Source: an uncultured Aliarcobacter sp. (lineage in GTDB: Bacteria; Campylobacterota; Campylobacteria; Campylobacterales; Arcobacteraceae). Taken from it: a stretch of DNA of 64,000 bases. The notes beneath the pieces are model-generated. The model was not told the DNA's origin. It made no database searches and saw only the letters and a program-made list of their open reading frames with translations. Position 1 is the stretch's first letter. Each line of letters begins with the position of its first letter. The translations under genes were made by a program, and so were the position numbers. This document shows, one piece after another, positions 8,938 through 19,971 of this stretch. The stretch covers positions 448,001 to 512,000 of the forward strand of contig OY781945.1 of the NCBI GenBank assembly GCA_963677435.1, read 5' to 3'.

Positions 8938-10671
8938 ATGAAAGAAGTAATTAATTTTATAAAAGCGCAAAATGTTGAGTCGACGAATTTTTTTGCACAG
9001 CTAAAATGTTCTGTTGAAGAGGCTAAAATTTTACAATATTTATCAAAAGAGTATGTAAATGGTAGGGATACTTTAGGAGTTATTGATGTTTTAGGTGAAT
9101 TTTATGATTTAAAAACATATAAACATTTAGAAAAACTTGATTTAATTAAATCTCTTTTAGAGTTTGGTTGGTTAGTGCAAGTTTCATTTGATCAAGTAAA
9201 ACTAAGTGAAGTTTCTAAACTTGAACTTATAAATTCAAGTGTTTCTCTTTCAAGTGCATATTTGAAAATGTTAGAAAATGGTAGTAATGATTTTGTTCTT
9301 CCAGAGATTAAAAATTATAGTGACCATTTAGAATATTTACAAGATCAGTTTTTTAGAATAGATTTAGCTCAACAATTAAATGTGGTTAGAAAAAACTTTG
9401 ATGTTAATAGTCCTAGTTCAAATAGATTAAAATCAAAATTAATTTTATTAGAAAATAGAATTAAAGAGCGAATCAAAGTTACAAGTAATTCTATTATGCT
9501 TGAAGACTTTTTCAAAAGTAATGATTTAAATGAACAAGAACAAACTCTATTTTTAGCTTTATTAAAAGAGGAATATTCAGGTGGAGATGGAAGTTTAAGA
9601 GATATGAACTCTTTAATTGAATTAATCTCAAGTGATGATTATGAAAAAATCAAATATAGAAGTTTACTTGAAGAAAGTTCAACTCTTGTTTCAAAAGCTT
9701 TGATTGATTATGATGAAGTTCTAACTCCATTTGGTGGAATTAATAGAAATTTTTATATTCCAGATGAGGTTTTATATAAAATTTCACATCCAACTAAAAA
9801 AAGCACAAATGTTGGAAAAATAAAATTAGACACAGTTATCAAAGAACAAGATATGTTTGAGCTTATCTCAACTACAAAAACTTTAGATGATGTAATTTTA
9901 AATGAAAAAACAAAAGAGACTTTAGATGCCCTTTTAAAACAAGTTGATAAAAATGTAATTAACAGATTAAAACAATGGGGAATTAAAGATAAAAAAAGAG
10001 GAATCGAAGCTAAAATCATTTTTTATGGAGTTGCAGGAACTGGAAAAACTTTAACTGCACTTGCTTTGGCAAAATCTCTTAAAAAAGATGTTCTAAGTTT
10101 TGACTGTTCAAAAATTTTATCAATGTATATTGGTGAGAGTGAAAAAAATGTTAGAAATATTTTTGATAAATATTATGACTTAAGAACTCAAACAAAATCA
10201 GAGCCAGTTTTACTTTTAAATGAAGCAGATCAATTTTTAAGTGCAAGGTCTTCAGGGGGAGCAAGTAGCAGTGATAAAATGCATAATCAAATGCAAAATA
10301 TCTTTTTAGAACAAATAGAAAGATTTGATGGAATCCTAATTGCAACTACAAATTTACTTGAAAATCTGGATAAGGCGTTTTCTAGAAGATTTAATTATAA
10401 AATTGAATTTGTAAAACCAAACAAAGCCCAAAGAATAGAACTTTGGAAAAAACTATTACCAGCAAATTTACCACTTGAAAAAGATTTTAATATTGAAGAA
10501 CTAGCTAGTTATGAGTTAACAGGTGGACAAATTGAGCTTGTAATTAAAAATACAGCTTACAAAATTGCTGTTAGTGATGAACCTTTATTTAAAATTGAGA
10601 ATTTTAAAGAGCAAATTACGAAAGAGCAAAAAGGACAATTTGATAGCGAAACAAAAGTAGGGTTTTTCTAA
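8938..10671 (+). CDS. AAA+ family ATPase
   Basis: Walker A GVAGTGKT, SMYIGESEKN, Walker B variant LLLNEAD, ATTN...LDKAFSRRF second region of homology, C-terminal VGFF. Confidence 0.92.
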   Translation: MKEVINFIKAQNVESTNFFAQLKCSVEEAKILQYLSKEYVNGRDTLGVIDVLGEFYDLKTYKHLEKLDLIKSLLEFGWLVQVSFDQVKLSEVSKLELINSSVSLSSAYLKMLENGSNDFVLPEIKNYSDHLEYLQDQFFRIDLAQQLNVVRKNFDVNSPSSNRLKSKLILLENRIKERIKVTSNSIMLEDFFKSNDLNEQEQTLFLALLKEEYSGGDGSLRDMNSLIELISSDDYEKIKYRSLLEESSTLVSKALIDYDEVLTPFGGINRNFYIPDEVLYKISHPTKKSTNVGKIKLDTVIKEQDMFELISTTKTLDDVILNEKTKETLDALLKQVDKNVINRLKQWGIKDKKRGIEAKIIFYGVAGTGKTLTALALAKSLKKDVLSFDCSKILSMYIGESEKNVRNIFDKYYDLRTQTKSEPVLLLNEADQFLSARSSGGASSSDKMHNQMQNIFLEQIERFDGILIATTNLLENLDKAFSRRFNYKIEFVKPNKAQRIELWKKLLPANLPLEKDFNIEELASYELTGGQIELVIKNTAYKIAVSDEPLFKIENFKEQITKEQKGQFDSETKVGFF

Positions 10672-10688
10672 AAACTACTTTTCGTTTT
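10653..10688 (+). terminator. Candidate terminator at the end of the AAA ATPase gene
   Basis: Imperfect hairpin AAAAGTA(GG)GTTTTT-CT-AAAAAC-TACTTTT followed by T-rich sequence. Confidence 0.4.
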
Positions 10689-10975
10689 AAAATTATTTTT
10701 CCGATTTATAAATATATTTCATATATATTTCATATTTTAAAGATAATATTTAAATTTAAGAAAATAGCGCTTAATACGCTGGGCTTTTAAGTATAGATAT
10801 ATTGTTTCCTTTTGTACCAATTTCATTATTATCCTTAGAAAAAGATTAAATTATAAGCTAATTTTTATCAGGTTACAATATTATTGCGTACATTATGAAT
10901 AAGTGGCTATTTATCACAAATTAGATATTATATTTGTAGATTGAAATAAACTTTTTTAGCTTTAAAAGGATAGAT

Positions 10976-11368
10976 TTGATGACACATATGGAATTTGCAC
11001 ATCCCTACTTTGGTGCATTTGTGATGTTTATTGTAACATTTGGTGCATTTGGCGCTACAGTATGGCTTTCAAGATATGTAAGTAGAAAAATTGCAAGACT
11101 TGATACTGAAAAATTAAAAACTACTCTATACGAATGTGGACCAGAGGTTACTAAACAACCCAACAGCATTTCAACACAATTTTATTTAACAGCATTATTA
11201 TTTATTCTATTTGATGTAGAAATAATATTTATGTTTCCTTGGGCAATTAATTTTAAAATATTAGGTTGGTTTGGGTTTATTGAAATGATATTATTTATTA
11301 CATTATTAGCTATTGGATTTTTATACGCATGGAAAAAAGGAGGTCTTGAGTGGCACAGCATAAAATAA
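10976..11368 (+). CDS. nuoA: NADH-quinone oxidoreductase subunit A
   Basis: [27 protein letters not shown]; start may be the ATG at 10979. Confidence 0.96.
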   Translation: MMTHMEFAHPYFGAFVMFIVTFGAFGATVWLSRYVSRKIARLDTEKLKTTLYECGPEVTKQPNSISTQFYLTALLFILFDVEIIFMFPWAINFKILGWFGFIEMILFITLLAIGFLYAWKKGGLEWHSIK

Positions 11369-11859
11369 ATTATTTACAAGATAATGGGGTTGCTGTTAAA
11401 TTAACAACTATTGATAAGTTAGTTAATTTTGGTCGTTCTAACTCTTTATGGCCGATGACTTATGGTTTGGCCTGTTGCGCCATTGAGATGATGGCAACCG
11501 GCGCATCTCGATATGATTTTGATAGGTTTGGTACAATTTTTAGAGCAAGTCCAAGACAGTCTGATGTTTTGATAATAGCAGGAACTCTTACTAAAAAACA
11601 TGCAGAGTTTATGAGAAGATTATATGATCAAATGCCCGATCCTAAATGGGTAATTTCTATGGGTAGCTGTGCAAATACAGGTGGAATGTTCAACACTTAC
11701 GCAACTGTTCAAGGTGCTGATAGAATTATTCCTGTTGATATTTATTTACCTGGTTGTGCTCCAAGACCAGAAACTTTACAATATGCCCTTATGACACTTC
11801 AGCAAAAAATCAGAAAAGAGTCTATTTTTAGAGCTCACAAGAAGAAGAGGTTAGTATAA
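11350..11859 (+). CDS. nuoB: NADH-quinone oxidoreductase subunit B
   Basis: [38 protein letters not shown]. Confidence 0.97.
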   Translation: MAQHKINYLQDNGVAVKLTTIDKLVNFGRSNSLWPMTYGLACCAIEMMATGASRYDFDRFGTIFRASPRQSDVLIIAGTLTKKHAEFMRRLYDQMPDPKWVISMGSCANTGGMFNTYATVQGADRIIPVDIYLPGCAPRPETLQYALMTLQQKIRKESIFRAHKKKRLV

Positions 11860-12662
11860 TGAGAAAATATACACCAAAAAATAGCGTTCAAAAAGAGGCT
11901 TATTTTTCTGATAGATTTTTTGTATCTCCTAATGTTCCTAGATATGAAATAAATTCAGATGAAATTTTTTCAAAAGATTTCCAAAAAATATCAAATCTTA
12001 TAAATATTAAAGATGCTTACATCGAACATACTCATTTAGTTCTGCATATAAATAAAAATTCAATTATTGAAGCCATGATTTTTTTAAAAAATGAACTAGA
12101 ATATGATATGTTAATTGAATTATCTGCAATTGATTATTTAGCTGCACGAGATGGTTATGAAATTTTTTATGAAATGTTATCAATGTCAAAACATAAAAGA
12201 TTAAGAGTTAAATGTTTTTTGCAAAAAGATGAATCAATAGAATCTGTAACTTCAATTTTTAAATCAGCTAACTGGTCAGAGAGAGAAATGTATGATATGT
12301 TAGGTGTAAAAGTAGCAAATCATCCAAACTTAAAAAGAATTATTATGCCAGATGATTGGTATGACCATCCATTGAAAAAAACATATCCACTTCAAGGAGA
12401 TGAAGCAGCTTCTTGGTATGAAGTTGACAAAATTTTTGGAAAAGAAGCTAGAGATATTATAGGCCCTGAACAAAGAGACCCAGCAGCAATTGATAGATAT
12501 GATACTACAAGATTTGCAAGACTTGGTCATGAAGTTCCTTTTGATACAGATATTTCTCAGTTTGAACCTGAAACAAATATTTCTTATCAAGAAGAAGATA
12601 TTTCAAAAATTATGAAAAAACTAAAACCTGAAGAATCAGTCGTTTTAAAAAGAAGAAGGTAG
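11859..12662 (+). CDS. nuoC: NADH-quinone oxidoreductase subunit C
   Basis: [32 protein letters not shown]. Confidence 0.96.
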   Translation: MRKYTPKNSVQKEAYFSDRFFVSPNVPRYEINSDEIFSKDFQKISNLINIKDAYIEHTHLVLHINKNSIIEAMIFLKNELEYDMLIELSAIDYLAARDGYEIFYEMLSMSKHKRLRVKCFLQKDESIESVTSIFKSANWSEREMYDMLGVKVANHPNLKRIIMPDDWYDHPLKKTYPLQGDEAASWYEVDKIFGKEARDIIGPEQRDPAAIDRYDTTRFARLGHEVPFDTDISQFEPETNISYQEEDISKIMKKLKPEESVVLKRRR

Positions 12663-12667
12663 AAAAT

Positions 12668-13894
12668 ATGCAACAACCAAATAGACTAAAACCTTTTTTT
12701 GAAAACATTCACTTTGAGCGTGATGATAATACGATGATGGTGAACTTCGGTCCTCAGCACCCTTCTGCTCATGGTCAATTAAGACTTATTTTAGAGCTTC
12801 AAGGTGAGGAAGTTGTAAAATCAAGACCAATGATTGGATACCTTCACAGAGGTATGGAAAAAATGGCTGAGAATATGATTTATAATGAATTCTTACCAAC
12901 AACAGATAGAATGGATTATATCGCTGCAACTTCAAATAACTATGGTTATGCCTTAGCAATTGAGCAACTTTTAGGAATTGAAGCTCCAAGACGAGCAGAG
13001 ATTATTAGAACTATGCTTTTAGAACTAAATAGAATCACTTCACACCTTTTTTGGTTAGCTACTCACGCCCTTGATGTTGGTGCAATGTCAATGTTCCTTT
13101 ACTGTTTTAGAGAAAGAGAATATGCAATGGACTTAATTGAAGATTATTGTGGAGCTAGACTTACTCATAGTGCTGTACGAATCGGTGGAGTTCCTTTAGA
13201 CTTACCTGATAATTGGATAGCTGATTGTTTATCATTTCTAGATGTATTAGAAACAGAGTTAAAGACTTATGAAGGGCTTTTAACTGAAAATAGAATCTGG
13301 AAAATGAGACTTGAAAATGTTGGAGTTATAACACCTGAAATGGCAAAAGAATGGGGTTGTTCAGGAATTGTTTTAAGAGGTTGTGGAATTAAATGGGATT
13401 TAAGAAAAGAGATGCCATATGGTATCTATCCTGAACTTGATTTTGATGTTCCAGTTTCTTATACTAATGATTCTTATGGAAGATACAAAATTTGTATTGC
13501 TGAAATGAGAGAATCTTCAAAAATTTTAAAACAATTAGCCCCTATGTATGAAGAATCAGATACTCAACTTATGGCACACGCTCCAAATTATATCTCAGCT
13601 CCTAAAGAGCAAATTATGACTCAAAACTACTCTTTAATGCAACACTTTGTTTTAGTAACTCAAGGTATGAGACCACCCGTTGGTGAAGTTTATGTGGCAA
13701 CAGAATCTCCAAAAGGAGAATTAGGTTATTTTGTAGTAAGTGATGGAAGTCCATATGCTTATAGAATGAAACTAAGAACTCCTAGTTTCCAACACACAGC
13801 AATTTTAGAAGAGTTATTAGTTGGTTGCCAATTGGCGGATGTGGTTACTATTATTGGTAATCTTAATATAGTTTTTGGTGAGATTGACAGATGA
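12668..13894 (+). CDS. nuoD: NADH-quinone oxidoreductase subunit D
   Basis: [33 protein letters not shown]. Confidence 0.97.
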   Translation: MQQPNRLKPFFENIHFERDDNTMMVNFGPQHPSAHGQLRLILELQGEEVVKSRPMIGYLHRGMEKMAENMIYNEFLPTTDRMDYIAATSNNYGYALAIEQLLGIEAPRRAEIIRTMLLELNRITSHLFWLATHALDVGAMSMFLYCFREREYAMDLIEDYCGARLTHSAVRIGGVPLDLPDNWIADCLSFLDVLETELKTYEGLLTENRIWKMRLENVGVITPEMAKEWGCSGIVLRGCGIKWDLRKEMPYGIYPELDFDVPVSYTNDSYGRYKICIAEMRESSKILKQLAPMYEESDTQLMAHAPNYISAPKEQIMTQNYSLMQHFVLVTQGMRPPVGEVYVATESPKGELGYFVVSDGSPYAYRMKLRTPSFQHTAILEELLVGCQLADVVTIIGNLNIVFGEIDR

Positions 13895-14193
13895 AAAGAT
13901 TTGATTTAAGACACTTAAAAAATGACTTCTATACTAGAATGTTAGAGTTAATGGATAAACAAATTGCTCCTGAAGAAACAGCAATTATTATGTTTGAAAT
14001 TGGAGATTTTTCTAATATTCAAAAATCAGCAGATGTGATTCATGAAGCTGGTTATACATTGATGAACTCAATTAAGTTTAATGAAGTAGATTGGACATTA
14101 GTAGTAAAAAAAGTAAAACCAGAACCAGCGCAGAGCGAACATCAGGATGATGAGAGAAAAGCTGTGGCTGAAGAAAGCGCAAAAGATGAATAA
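13891..14193 (+). CDS. nuoX: Campylobacterota complex I subunit NuoX (often annotated NuoE), no Fe-S cysteines
   Basis: Sits between nuoD and nuo[11 protein letters not shown]...FEIGDFS...[13 protein letters not shown] pattern; no Cys. Confidence 0.85.
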   Translation: MKRFDLRHLKNDFYTRMLELMDKQIAPEETAIIMFEIGDFSNIQKSADVIHEAGYTLMNSIKFNEVDWTLVVKKVKPEPAQSEHQDDERKAVAEESAKDE

Positions 14194-14983
14194 AATGCAA
14201 GTAATATTAAATAGTGATTTTATTATCACTTTTGGAACTTTCATTGAAGATGAATCACTTAATGATGCCATTTTAGAAGCTATCAATAAGAATGATGCAA
14301 AATTTGTTTATATGCATCCAATAGACAATACAAATTTGAAACTTTTTTATTCTCAGTTAATTAAATATGAAGTTGGTAGTGAAGAGGGGATTTGTGCTTT
14401 ACTATTAAATTGTTTTACTTCAAATTGTGATGAAAAAACTAAAAACTTTTTAGATGAATTAGACTTAGGTTATATAAGTGCTGAAAGTAGTGCAGGGGAA
14501 GAAGAGTTTGAAGAGGCTTTTGAAAACTCAAAAGAAGCAAAAGTTAAAACATTAATTATTGGAAATGATTTAGTAAATCACGATAGAGTAGAAAATATTG
14601 TTAAATTATTGGCAATATTAAAAAAATATTCAGATTTTAATTTAGTTGTTCTAAATGAAGAATTAGCACAAAAAATAGATTCTTGTACAGATTTTGATTT
14701 AGAAGAGTTAGAAGAATTAAAATCGTTTAATGGAACATTGGTTTATAAATTAATAGATGAAAAAAATGATGAATTAATAACAAGTCAGACTTTTGCAAAT
14801 ATAGCAAAGGTATCAAATGGTAATGAAGTTTTCATAATATCAAAAAACGAAAAAATAAAAAGAGTATTAAAAATTGATGATGACTTACAAGGGACAATTG
14901 CAATTCTAAAAACAAAAAATAATGAAGATATTTTTAGTGGATATAGATATAAACAAGTAAAAATTGAAAAGGTTGAAGCGTAA
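14186..14983 (+). CDS. nuoY: Campylobacterota complex I subunit NuoY (often annotated NuoF), no NADH/FMN motifs
   Basis: Directly before nuoG; YEVGSEEG and LDLGYISAES segments; start placed at ATG 14186 (track start 14147 lies deep inside nuoX). Confidence 0.82.
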   Translation: MNKMQVILNSDFIITFGTFIEDESLNDAILEAINKNDAKFVYMHPIDNTNLKLFYSQLIKYEVGSEEGICALLLNCFTSNCDEKTKNFLDELDLGYISAESSAGEEEFEEAFENSKEAKVKTLIIGNDLVNHDRVENIVKLLAILKKYSDFNLVVLNEELAQKIDSCTDFDLEELEELKSFNGTLVYKLIDEKNDELITSQTFANIAKVSNGNEVFIISKNEKIKRVLKIDDDLQGTIAILKTKNNEDIFSGYRYKQVKIEKVEA

Positions 14984-17457
14984 TGAGTGAGATGATTACA
15001 TTAACTATTGATGGTAAAAGTGTTCAAGCCAAAGATGGTGAATCAATTTTAAATGTGGCAAGGGCAAATGATGTGTTTGTTCCTGCTGTTTGTTATTTAA
15101 CAAGATGTTCACCAACCCTTGCCTGTAGATTGTGTTTAGTTGAGGCAGATGGAAAACAAGTATATGGTTGTAATACAAAAGTTAAACCAGATATGAATAT
15201 TTCAACAAACACAGAAAATATCGAAAAAGAGCGACGAGCAATAATGGAAGTTTACGATGTAAACCATCCTTTACAATGTGGTGTTTGTGACCAAAGTGGT
15301 GAGTGTGAATTACAAAACTATTCTTTATATATGAAAGTTGATTCTCAAAGCTTTAGTATAAAAGATATTCACAGACCAACTGCTCATTGGGGAGTTATGA
15401 ATTATGATCCAGCTTTATGTATCGTTTGTGAAAGATGTGTAACTGTATGCGAAGATATGGTAGGCTCAAAAGCACTTAGTACTGTAAAAAGAGATTCTGA
15501 TAATATTGATAAAGTATTTAAAGATGAAATGCCAAAAGATGCTTATGCTATGTGGAATAAACTTAATAAATCACTAATTGGTTATGATGCTGATGCCTGT
15601 ACAAACTGTGGAGAGTGTATTTCTGCCTGTCCCGTTGGAGCTTTAGTTTCTCATGATTTCCAATATACTTCAAATGCTTGGGAACTTAAAAAAATACCTG
15701 CAGCTAATCCTCACTCTAGTGATTGTGCTTTTCTGTATTATGAAATTAAACATGAATCAATAGATAATCACGCAAACAAAAAAATCTATAGAGTTACAAA
15801 TGAACCACATTATTCAACTGTAAATGGTGCAGGAAGATTTGCTTATGACTTTGAAAACAAAGTTCAATCAAAAGATAAAGATGCTTTTGCAAAAGCACTT
15901 GAAGCCTTTAAAAAAGCAAAAAATATCAAATTTAATTCTTTCATAACAAATGAAGAAGCATTGATTTTACAAAAAATTGCTCAAAAGATGGGAGCAAATC
16001 TTGTAAATGAAGATGCAAGAAGATACCAAGAATTTTTAAGAAATTTTTCTAAAACTTCAGGAAAATCACTTTATTCTTCAAAATTAGCAGATGTACATAA
16101 CTCAAACTTTGTAATTTCTGTTGGTTCATATTTAAAATCAGATTTACCAAATGCAAGATATGCCTTTAATAACTCAGTTTCTATGAATAAAGGAAGTGGA
16201 TTATATTTTCATCCAATAGCAGATCCAATTATGGAAAAAATTGGTAAAAAAGGTAAAACTACAGAGTTTATATACCATGATGCGATGGTTGAAGAATCAA
16301 TTTTATATTTTATATTATATAAATTTGCACAAGATTTACCAACTGAGGTTCAAGCTTACATTGATTCACAAAAAGAGACAAGAGTTAAAACTTTAACAGA
16401 AGTTGTAAAAGAGAATGTTGTAGAAATTGTAAAAGATGAAGCAACTGGTGAAGAGAAAGAAGTTAAAAAAGTAGTTTCAAAAAATGTTTCAAAAGAAGTT
16501 TCTTATGAATATATTTCATTTTTAGCTGATTTTGGAAAAGATGAAACATTTGTAGATTTAATAGATGAAATGTTAGCAAAAAAAGATACTTTCTCTTTAA
16601 TAGTAGGAGAAGATTTAATCACTCATCCAAATGCTGAAAATCTTGCAAAACTTTGTGGTTTAGTTGATAAACATACAGCTTTTGATGTAGTAATTATTCC
16701 TTCTCAAACTAACACATTAGGTGTTGCACAAATCTGTACACTTTCAAATGAAGTTGAAGGATTTAGTGTAGGTTACAACATGAAAGCAGATTTTGAATTA
16801 TCAGCTTTAGGTGATGGACATTTAGATATTCCAGCTCTTAATCAACAAGAAGGAACTTTTACAAATATAGATAAAAAAGTGATTCCTACAAATGCTGCTT
16901 TAGGCTTTAATGGATATACCTTAAATGAAATTGCAAATGAACTTTTAAATGATGATGTTGAATATACAATAGAATACACAGCAAAACTTCCAATTGAAAA
17001 AGGTTATGAAACTATCTCTTTTGATGATTTACCAAATAGATTTGGAAATGACCAAGTAGAATATAGAGGTTATGAGTTAAGAGTAAATGATACTTTAACT
17101 CAAGATACAACAAAACAAATTGATGTAGAAAAAATCTCTTTAACAAATGATGAGATTTTAATTTATAAAGCAAATCCAATTAATCAATTTAATGAATTCA
17201 CAGCAATTAGCCATGAGTTTAAAGAAAATTTACAAGATGGGATATTCTTCTCAAAAGCTTTGTTTGAAAAACTTCAATTAGCTGAAGGTGATAAAGTAAA
17301 AGTAAATGCAAATAATCAAGAGTTAGTATTAAATGCTTTTGTTGACATTCAAATTGATGGAGATATTCCTTATGTATCAACATTTATGAAAAATAGTGCA
17401 TCAAATGCTTTATTTAATACTTATAGATTTAATAAAGCAAAAGTGGTAAAGGCATAG
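14983..17457 (+). CDS. nuoG: NADH-quinone oxidoreductase subunit G
   Basis: CRLCLVE, NHPLQCGVCDQSGECELQ, CIVCERCVTVC, CTNCGECISACPVGAL. Confidence 0.96.
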   Translation: MSEMITLTIDGKSVQAKDGESILNVARANDVFVPAVCYLTRCSPTLACRLCLVEADGKQVYGCNTKVKPDMNISTNTENIEKERRAIMEVYDVNHPLQCGVCDQSGECELQNYSLYMKVDSQSFSIKDIHRPTAHWGVMNYDPALCIVCERCVTVCEDMVGSKALSTVKRDSDNIDKVFKDEMPKDAYAMWNKLNKSLIGYDADACTNCGECISACPVGALVSHDFQYTSNAWELKKIPAANPHSSDCAFLYYEIKHESIDNHANKKIYRVTNEPHYSTVNGAGRFAYDFENKVQSKDKDAFAKALEAFKKAKNIKFNSFITNEEALILQKIAQKMGANLVNEDARRYQEFLRNFSKTSGKSLYSSKLADVHNSNFVISVGSYLKSDLPNARYAFNNSVSMNKGSGLYFHPIADPIMEKIGKKGKTTEFIYHDAMVEESILYFILYKFAQDLPTEVQAYIDSQKETRVKTLTEVVKENVVEIVKDEATGEEKEVKKVVSKNVSKEVSYEYISFLADFGKDETFVDLIDEMLAKKDTFSLIVGEDLITHPNAENLAKLCGLVDKHTAFDVVIIPSQTNTLGVAQICTLSNEVEGFSVGYNMKADFELSALGDGHLDIPALNQQEGTFTNIDKKVIPTNAALGFNGYTLNEIANELLNDDVEYTIEYTAKLPIEKGYETISFDDLPNRFGNDQVEYRGYELRVNDTLTQDTTKQIDVEKISLTNDEILIYKANPINQFNEFTAISHEFKENLQDGIFFSKALFEKLQLAEGDKVKVNANNQELVLNAFVDIQIDGDIPYVSTFMKNSASNALFNTYRFNKAKVVKA

Positions 17458-17458
17458 T

Positions 17459-18451
17459 ATGGAAACAAGTATCATATTAGAAACAGTAATCAAAGTAGTT
17501 GTTGTTTTAGCAGTTTTTTCTGCCCTTGCTGGATTTACAACTTATATTGAAAGAAAAGTTTTAGCATTTATGCAAAGAAGATTAGGACCAACTAATGTAG
17601 GGCCTTATGGATTATTACAAATTGCAGCTGATGGGATTAAACTATTTTGTAAAGAAGATTTCATTCCCGCAAATGCAAATAAACCAATTTTTATGGTGGC
17701 ACCTTTAATCACAGCTGCAACTGCTTTTATTGCAATGAGTGCAGTTCCTTTTTTACCAGAATTTGAAATGTTTGGATATACAGTTAGACCAATTATTAGT
17801 GACATTAATGTGGGTGTTTTATTTGTAATGTCAGTGGGTGCTGTTGGACTTTATGGACCATTACTTGGAGGAATGAGTAGTGCAAATAAATGGGCATTAC
17901 TAGGAGGTGCAAGAACTGCAATTCAACTTTTATCTTATGAAGTAGTTTCAGGACTTTCACTTTTAGCTCCACTTATGATGGTTGGAAGTTTATCTTTAAT
18001 TGACATTAACAACTATCAATCAGGTGGAATAACTGACTGGATTATTTGGTCTCAACCTTTAGCTTTTATCTTATTTACAATTGCTGGATTTGCAGAGACA
18101 AATAGAACTCCATTTGACTTACTTGAGCATGAAGCAGAATTAGTTGCTGGTTATGCAACAGAGTATTCAGGTATGAGATGGGGGATGTTCTTTATTGGAG
18201 AGTATGCTAACCTTTTTACAATTTCATTTTTAATTACACTTATCTTTTTGGGTGGATTTAATGATTTATGGTTTATCCCAGGTGGATTAGCAATTGTATT
18301 AAAAGTTATGGCTTTGATTTTTGTTTTTTTATGGACAAGAGCTTCTTGGCCTCATATTAGACCTGATCAATTAATGTGGTTATGTTGGAAAATATTAATG
18401 CCACTTGCAGTACTAAATATTTTAGTTACTGGCTTTGTGATGATGTTTTAG
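17459..18451 (+). CDS. nuoH: NADH-quinone oxidoreductase subunit H
   Basis: ERKVLAFMQRRLGP, AETNRTPFDLLEHEAELVAG, RPDQLM. Confidence 0.97.
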   Translation: METSIILETVIKVVVVLAVFSALAGFTTYIERKVLAFMQRRLGPTNVGPYGLLQIAADGIKLFCKEDFIPANANKPIFMVAPLITAATAFIAMSAVPFLPEFEMFGYTVRPIISDINVGVLFVMSVGAVGLYGPLLGGMSSANKWALLGGARTAIQLLSYEVVSGLSLLAPLMMVGSLSLIDINNYQSGGITDWIIWSQPLAFILFTIAGFAETNRTPFDLLEHEAELVAGYATEYSGMRWGMFFIGEYANLFTISFLITLIFLGGFNDLWFIPGGLAIVLKVMALIFVFLWTRASWPHIRPDQLMWLCWKILMPLAVLNILVTGFVMMF

Positions 18452-18459
18452 GAGTTAAG

Positions 18460-19080
18460 ATGGAACTAAAAGATTTTAAAAATAGAAATGTATCAGATGG
18501 ATATGTAACAGTTCAAGAAGATAATTATCCTAAAACTTCTTGGGATATGTTTAAACAAGTATTATCAAGATCTGTAAAAGGTGAACTTTTTGTTGGTATG
18601 AGAATCACTTTTGGAATAATGTATAGAGCTTTATTCAAAGGTGAAATGGCAACAGTTCAATATCCAAAAGAAAAACTTCCAATAGGTCCAAGATATAGAG
18701 CGGTACATAAACTTCTAAGACTTTTAGAATCAGGTGAAGAGAGATGTATTGGTTGTGGACTTTGTGAAAAAATTTGTATTGCAAACTGTATTAGAATGGA
18801 AACTAAAATTGATGAAAATTCAAGAAAAGCAGTTACTGAATATACAATTAATATGGGAAGATGTATTTTCTGTGGTTACTGTGCTGAGGTTTGTCCAGAA
18901 CTAGCAATCGTTCATGGTGGAAGATATGAAAATTCAAGTGAACAAAGAGCACACTTTTCACTTAAAGAAGATATTTTAACTTCAATGAATGGCTTAGGTG
19001 TACAACTTGAATTTGATGGCTATGGTTCAGTATCTAAAGATGCAGATTCAAAAATTAAAAAAACACCATTATCATACTAA
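18460..19080 (+). CDS. nuoI: NADH-quinone oxidoreductase subunit I
   Basis: CIGCGLCEKIC and CIFCGYCAEVCP; start moved to ATG 18460 behind an AGGAG RBS. Confidence 0.96.
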   Translation: MELKDFKNRNVSDGYVTVQEDNYPKTSWDMFKQVLSRSVKGELFVGMRITFGIMYRALFKGEMATVQYPKEKLPIGPRYRAVHKLLRLLESGEERCIGCGLCEKICIANCIRMETKIDENSRKAVTEYTINMGRCIFCGYCAEVCPELAIVHGGRYENSSEQRAHFSLKEDILTSMNGLGVQLEFDGYGSVSKDADSKIKKTPLSY

Positions 19081-19091
19081 GAGGAGTCTAG

Positions 19092-19673
19092 ATGTTTGAA
19101 ATTATAGCTTTTATAATATTTTCCGTGTTAACTATTAGTATGTTTAGTATTACAGTTTTAACAAATAATGCTTTATATGCATTAAGTTCCCTAGCTGCTG
19201 GAATGATTTTTATCTCAGCATTTTTCTTTTTATTAAATGCAGATTTCCTCGGTGCCGTTCAAATTGTGGTTTATACAGGAGCAATTATGTCTTTATATGC
19301 TTTTGGAATGATGTTTTTTGACTCATTATCAGAAGTAAAAGAGAAAATTAAAAATCCAAGATTAGTATTTTTACTTTCAGGTTTATTAGCAGTTGTAATT
19401 GTAGTTGTATTATTAGCGCCTGTTATTGGACAAAACATAGAAGCAAATTATCCTATACATCCTGAGTATGGGAATTCAGCAGATGTGGGAATTGTACTGT
19501 TTACTAAATATCTGTTAGCTTTTGAATTAGCAGCCATTATGCTACTTGTTGCAATGGTTGGGGGACTAGTACTTGCAGGTAAAAAAATGAATGAATCATA
19601 TTCAGAAATGACAGAAGATGAAATAGATGAAAAAATCAGACTTGATGAAGCATCTGCAAAGGATAGTAAATGA
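19092..19673 (+). CDS. nuoJ: NADH-quinone oxidoreductase subunit J
   Basis: ADFLGAVQIVVYTGAI, FELAAIMLLVAMVG. Confidence 0.96.
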   Translation: MFEIIAFIIFSVLTISMFSITVLTNNALYALSSLAAGMIFISAFFFLLNADFLGAVQIVVYTGAIMSLYAFGMMFFDSLSEVKEKIKNPRLVFLLSGLLAVVIVVVLLAPVIGQNIEANYPIHPEYGNSADVGIVLFTKYLLAFELAAIMLLVAMVGGLVLAGKKMNESYSEMTEDEIDEKIRLDEASAKDSK

Positions 19674-19969
19674 CTCTTAATGCCTATTTAATACTTTCAA
19701 CAATTTTATTTTGTATTGGTTTAGTTGGTGTAATTAGAAGAAAAAATGTATTGATGTTATTTTTCTCAACAGAGATTATGTTAAATGCTGTAAATGTAGG
19801 TTTTGCTGCTGTTTCAAAATTTCATGGAGATTTAACAGGTCAAATGTTTGCATTTTTTATTATTGCAGTTGCAGCTAGTGAAGTAGCAATTGGACTTGGG
19901 CTATTGATTTTATGGTACAAAAGAACAGGTTCTATTAACTTAGATGATATTGCAGGGATGAAAGGGTAA
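19670..19969 (+). CDS. nuoK: NADH-quinone oxidoreductase subunit K
   Basis: EIMLNAVN, VAASEVAIGL. Confidence 0.96.
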   Translation: MTLNAYLILSTILFCIGLVGVIRRKNVLMLFFSTEIMLNAVNVGFAAVSKFHGDLTGQMFAFFIIAVAASEVAIGLGLLILWYKRTGSINLDDIAGMKG

Positions 19970-19971
19970 TT

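Noticed and set aside
8938..10671. AAA ATPase as part of an anti-phage defence system
   Set aside because: No nuclease, protease or other effector partner nearby; the context is housekeeping
2780..10830. Shared GTNTC...GTNCC-like motif upstream of ndh (about 2789 and 2922) and nuoA (about 10804)
   Set aside because: Spacing differs between sites and there are too few instances to separate it from chance
13891..14983. Calling these genes canonical nuoE/nuoF (NADH-oxidising module)
   Set aside because: No 2Fe-2S cysteines, FMN/NADH motifs or 4Fe-4S motif; they are the Campylobacterota replacement subunits
18376..18459. Upstream extension of nuoI given in the track
   Set aside because: It overlaps nuoH, and a strong AGGAG precedes ATG 18460; similar over-extensions were trimmed at 14147, 25456, 47932, 56481, 57250, 59685 and 61579
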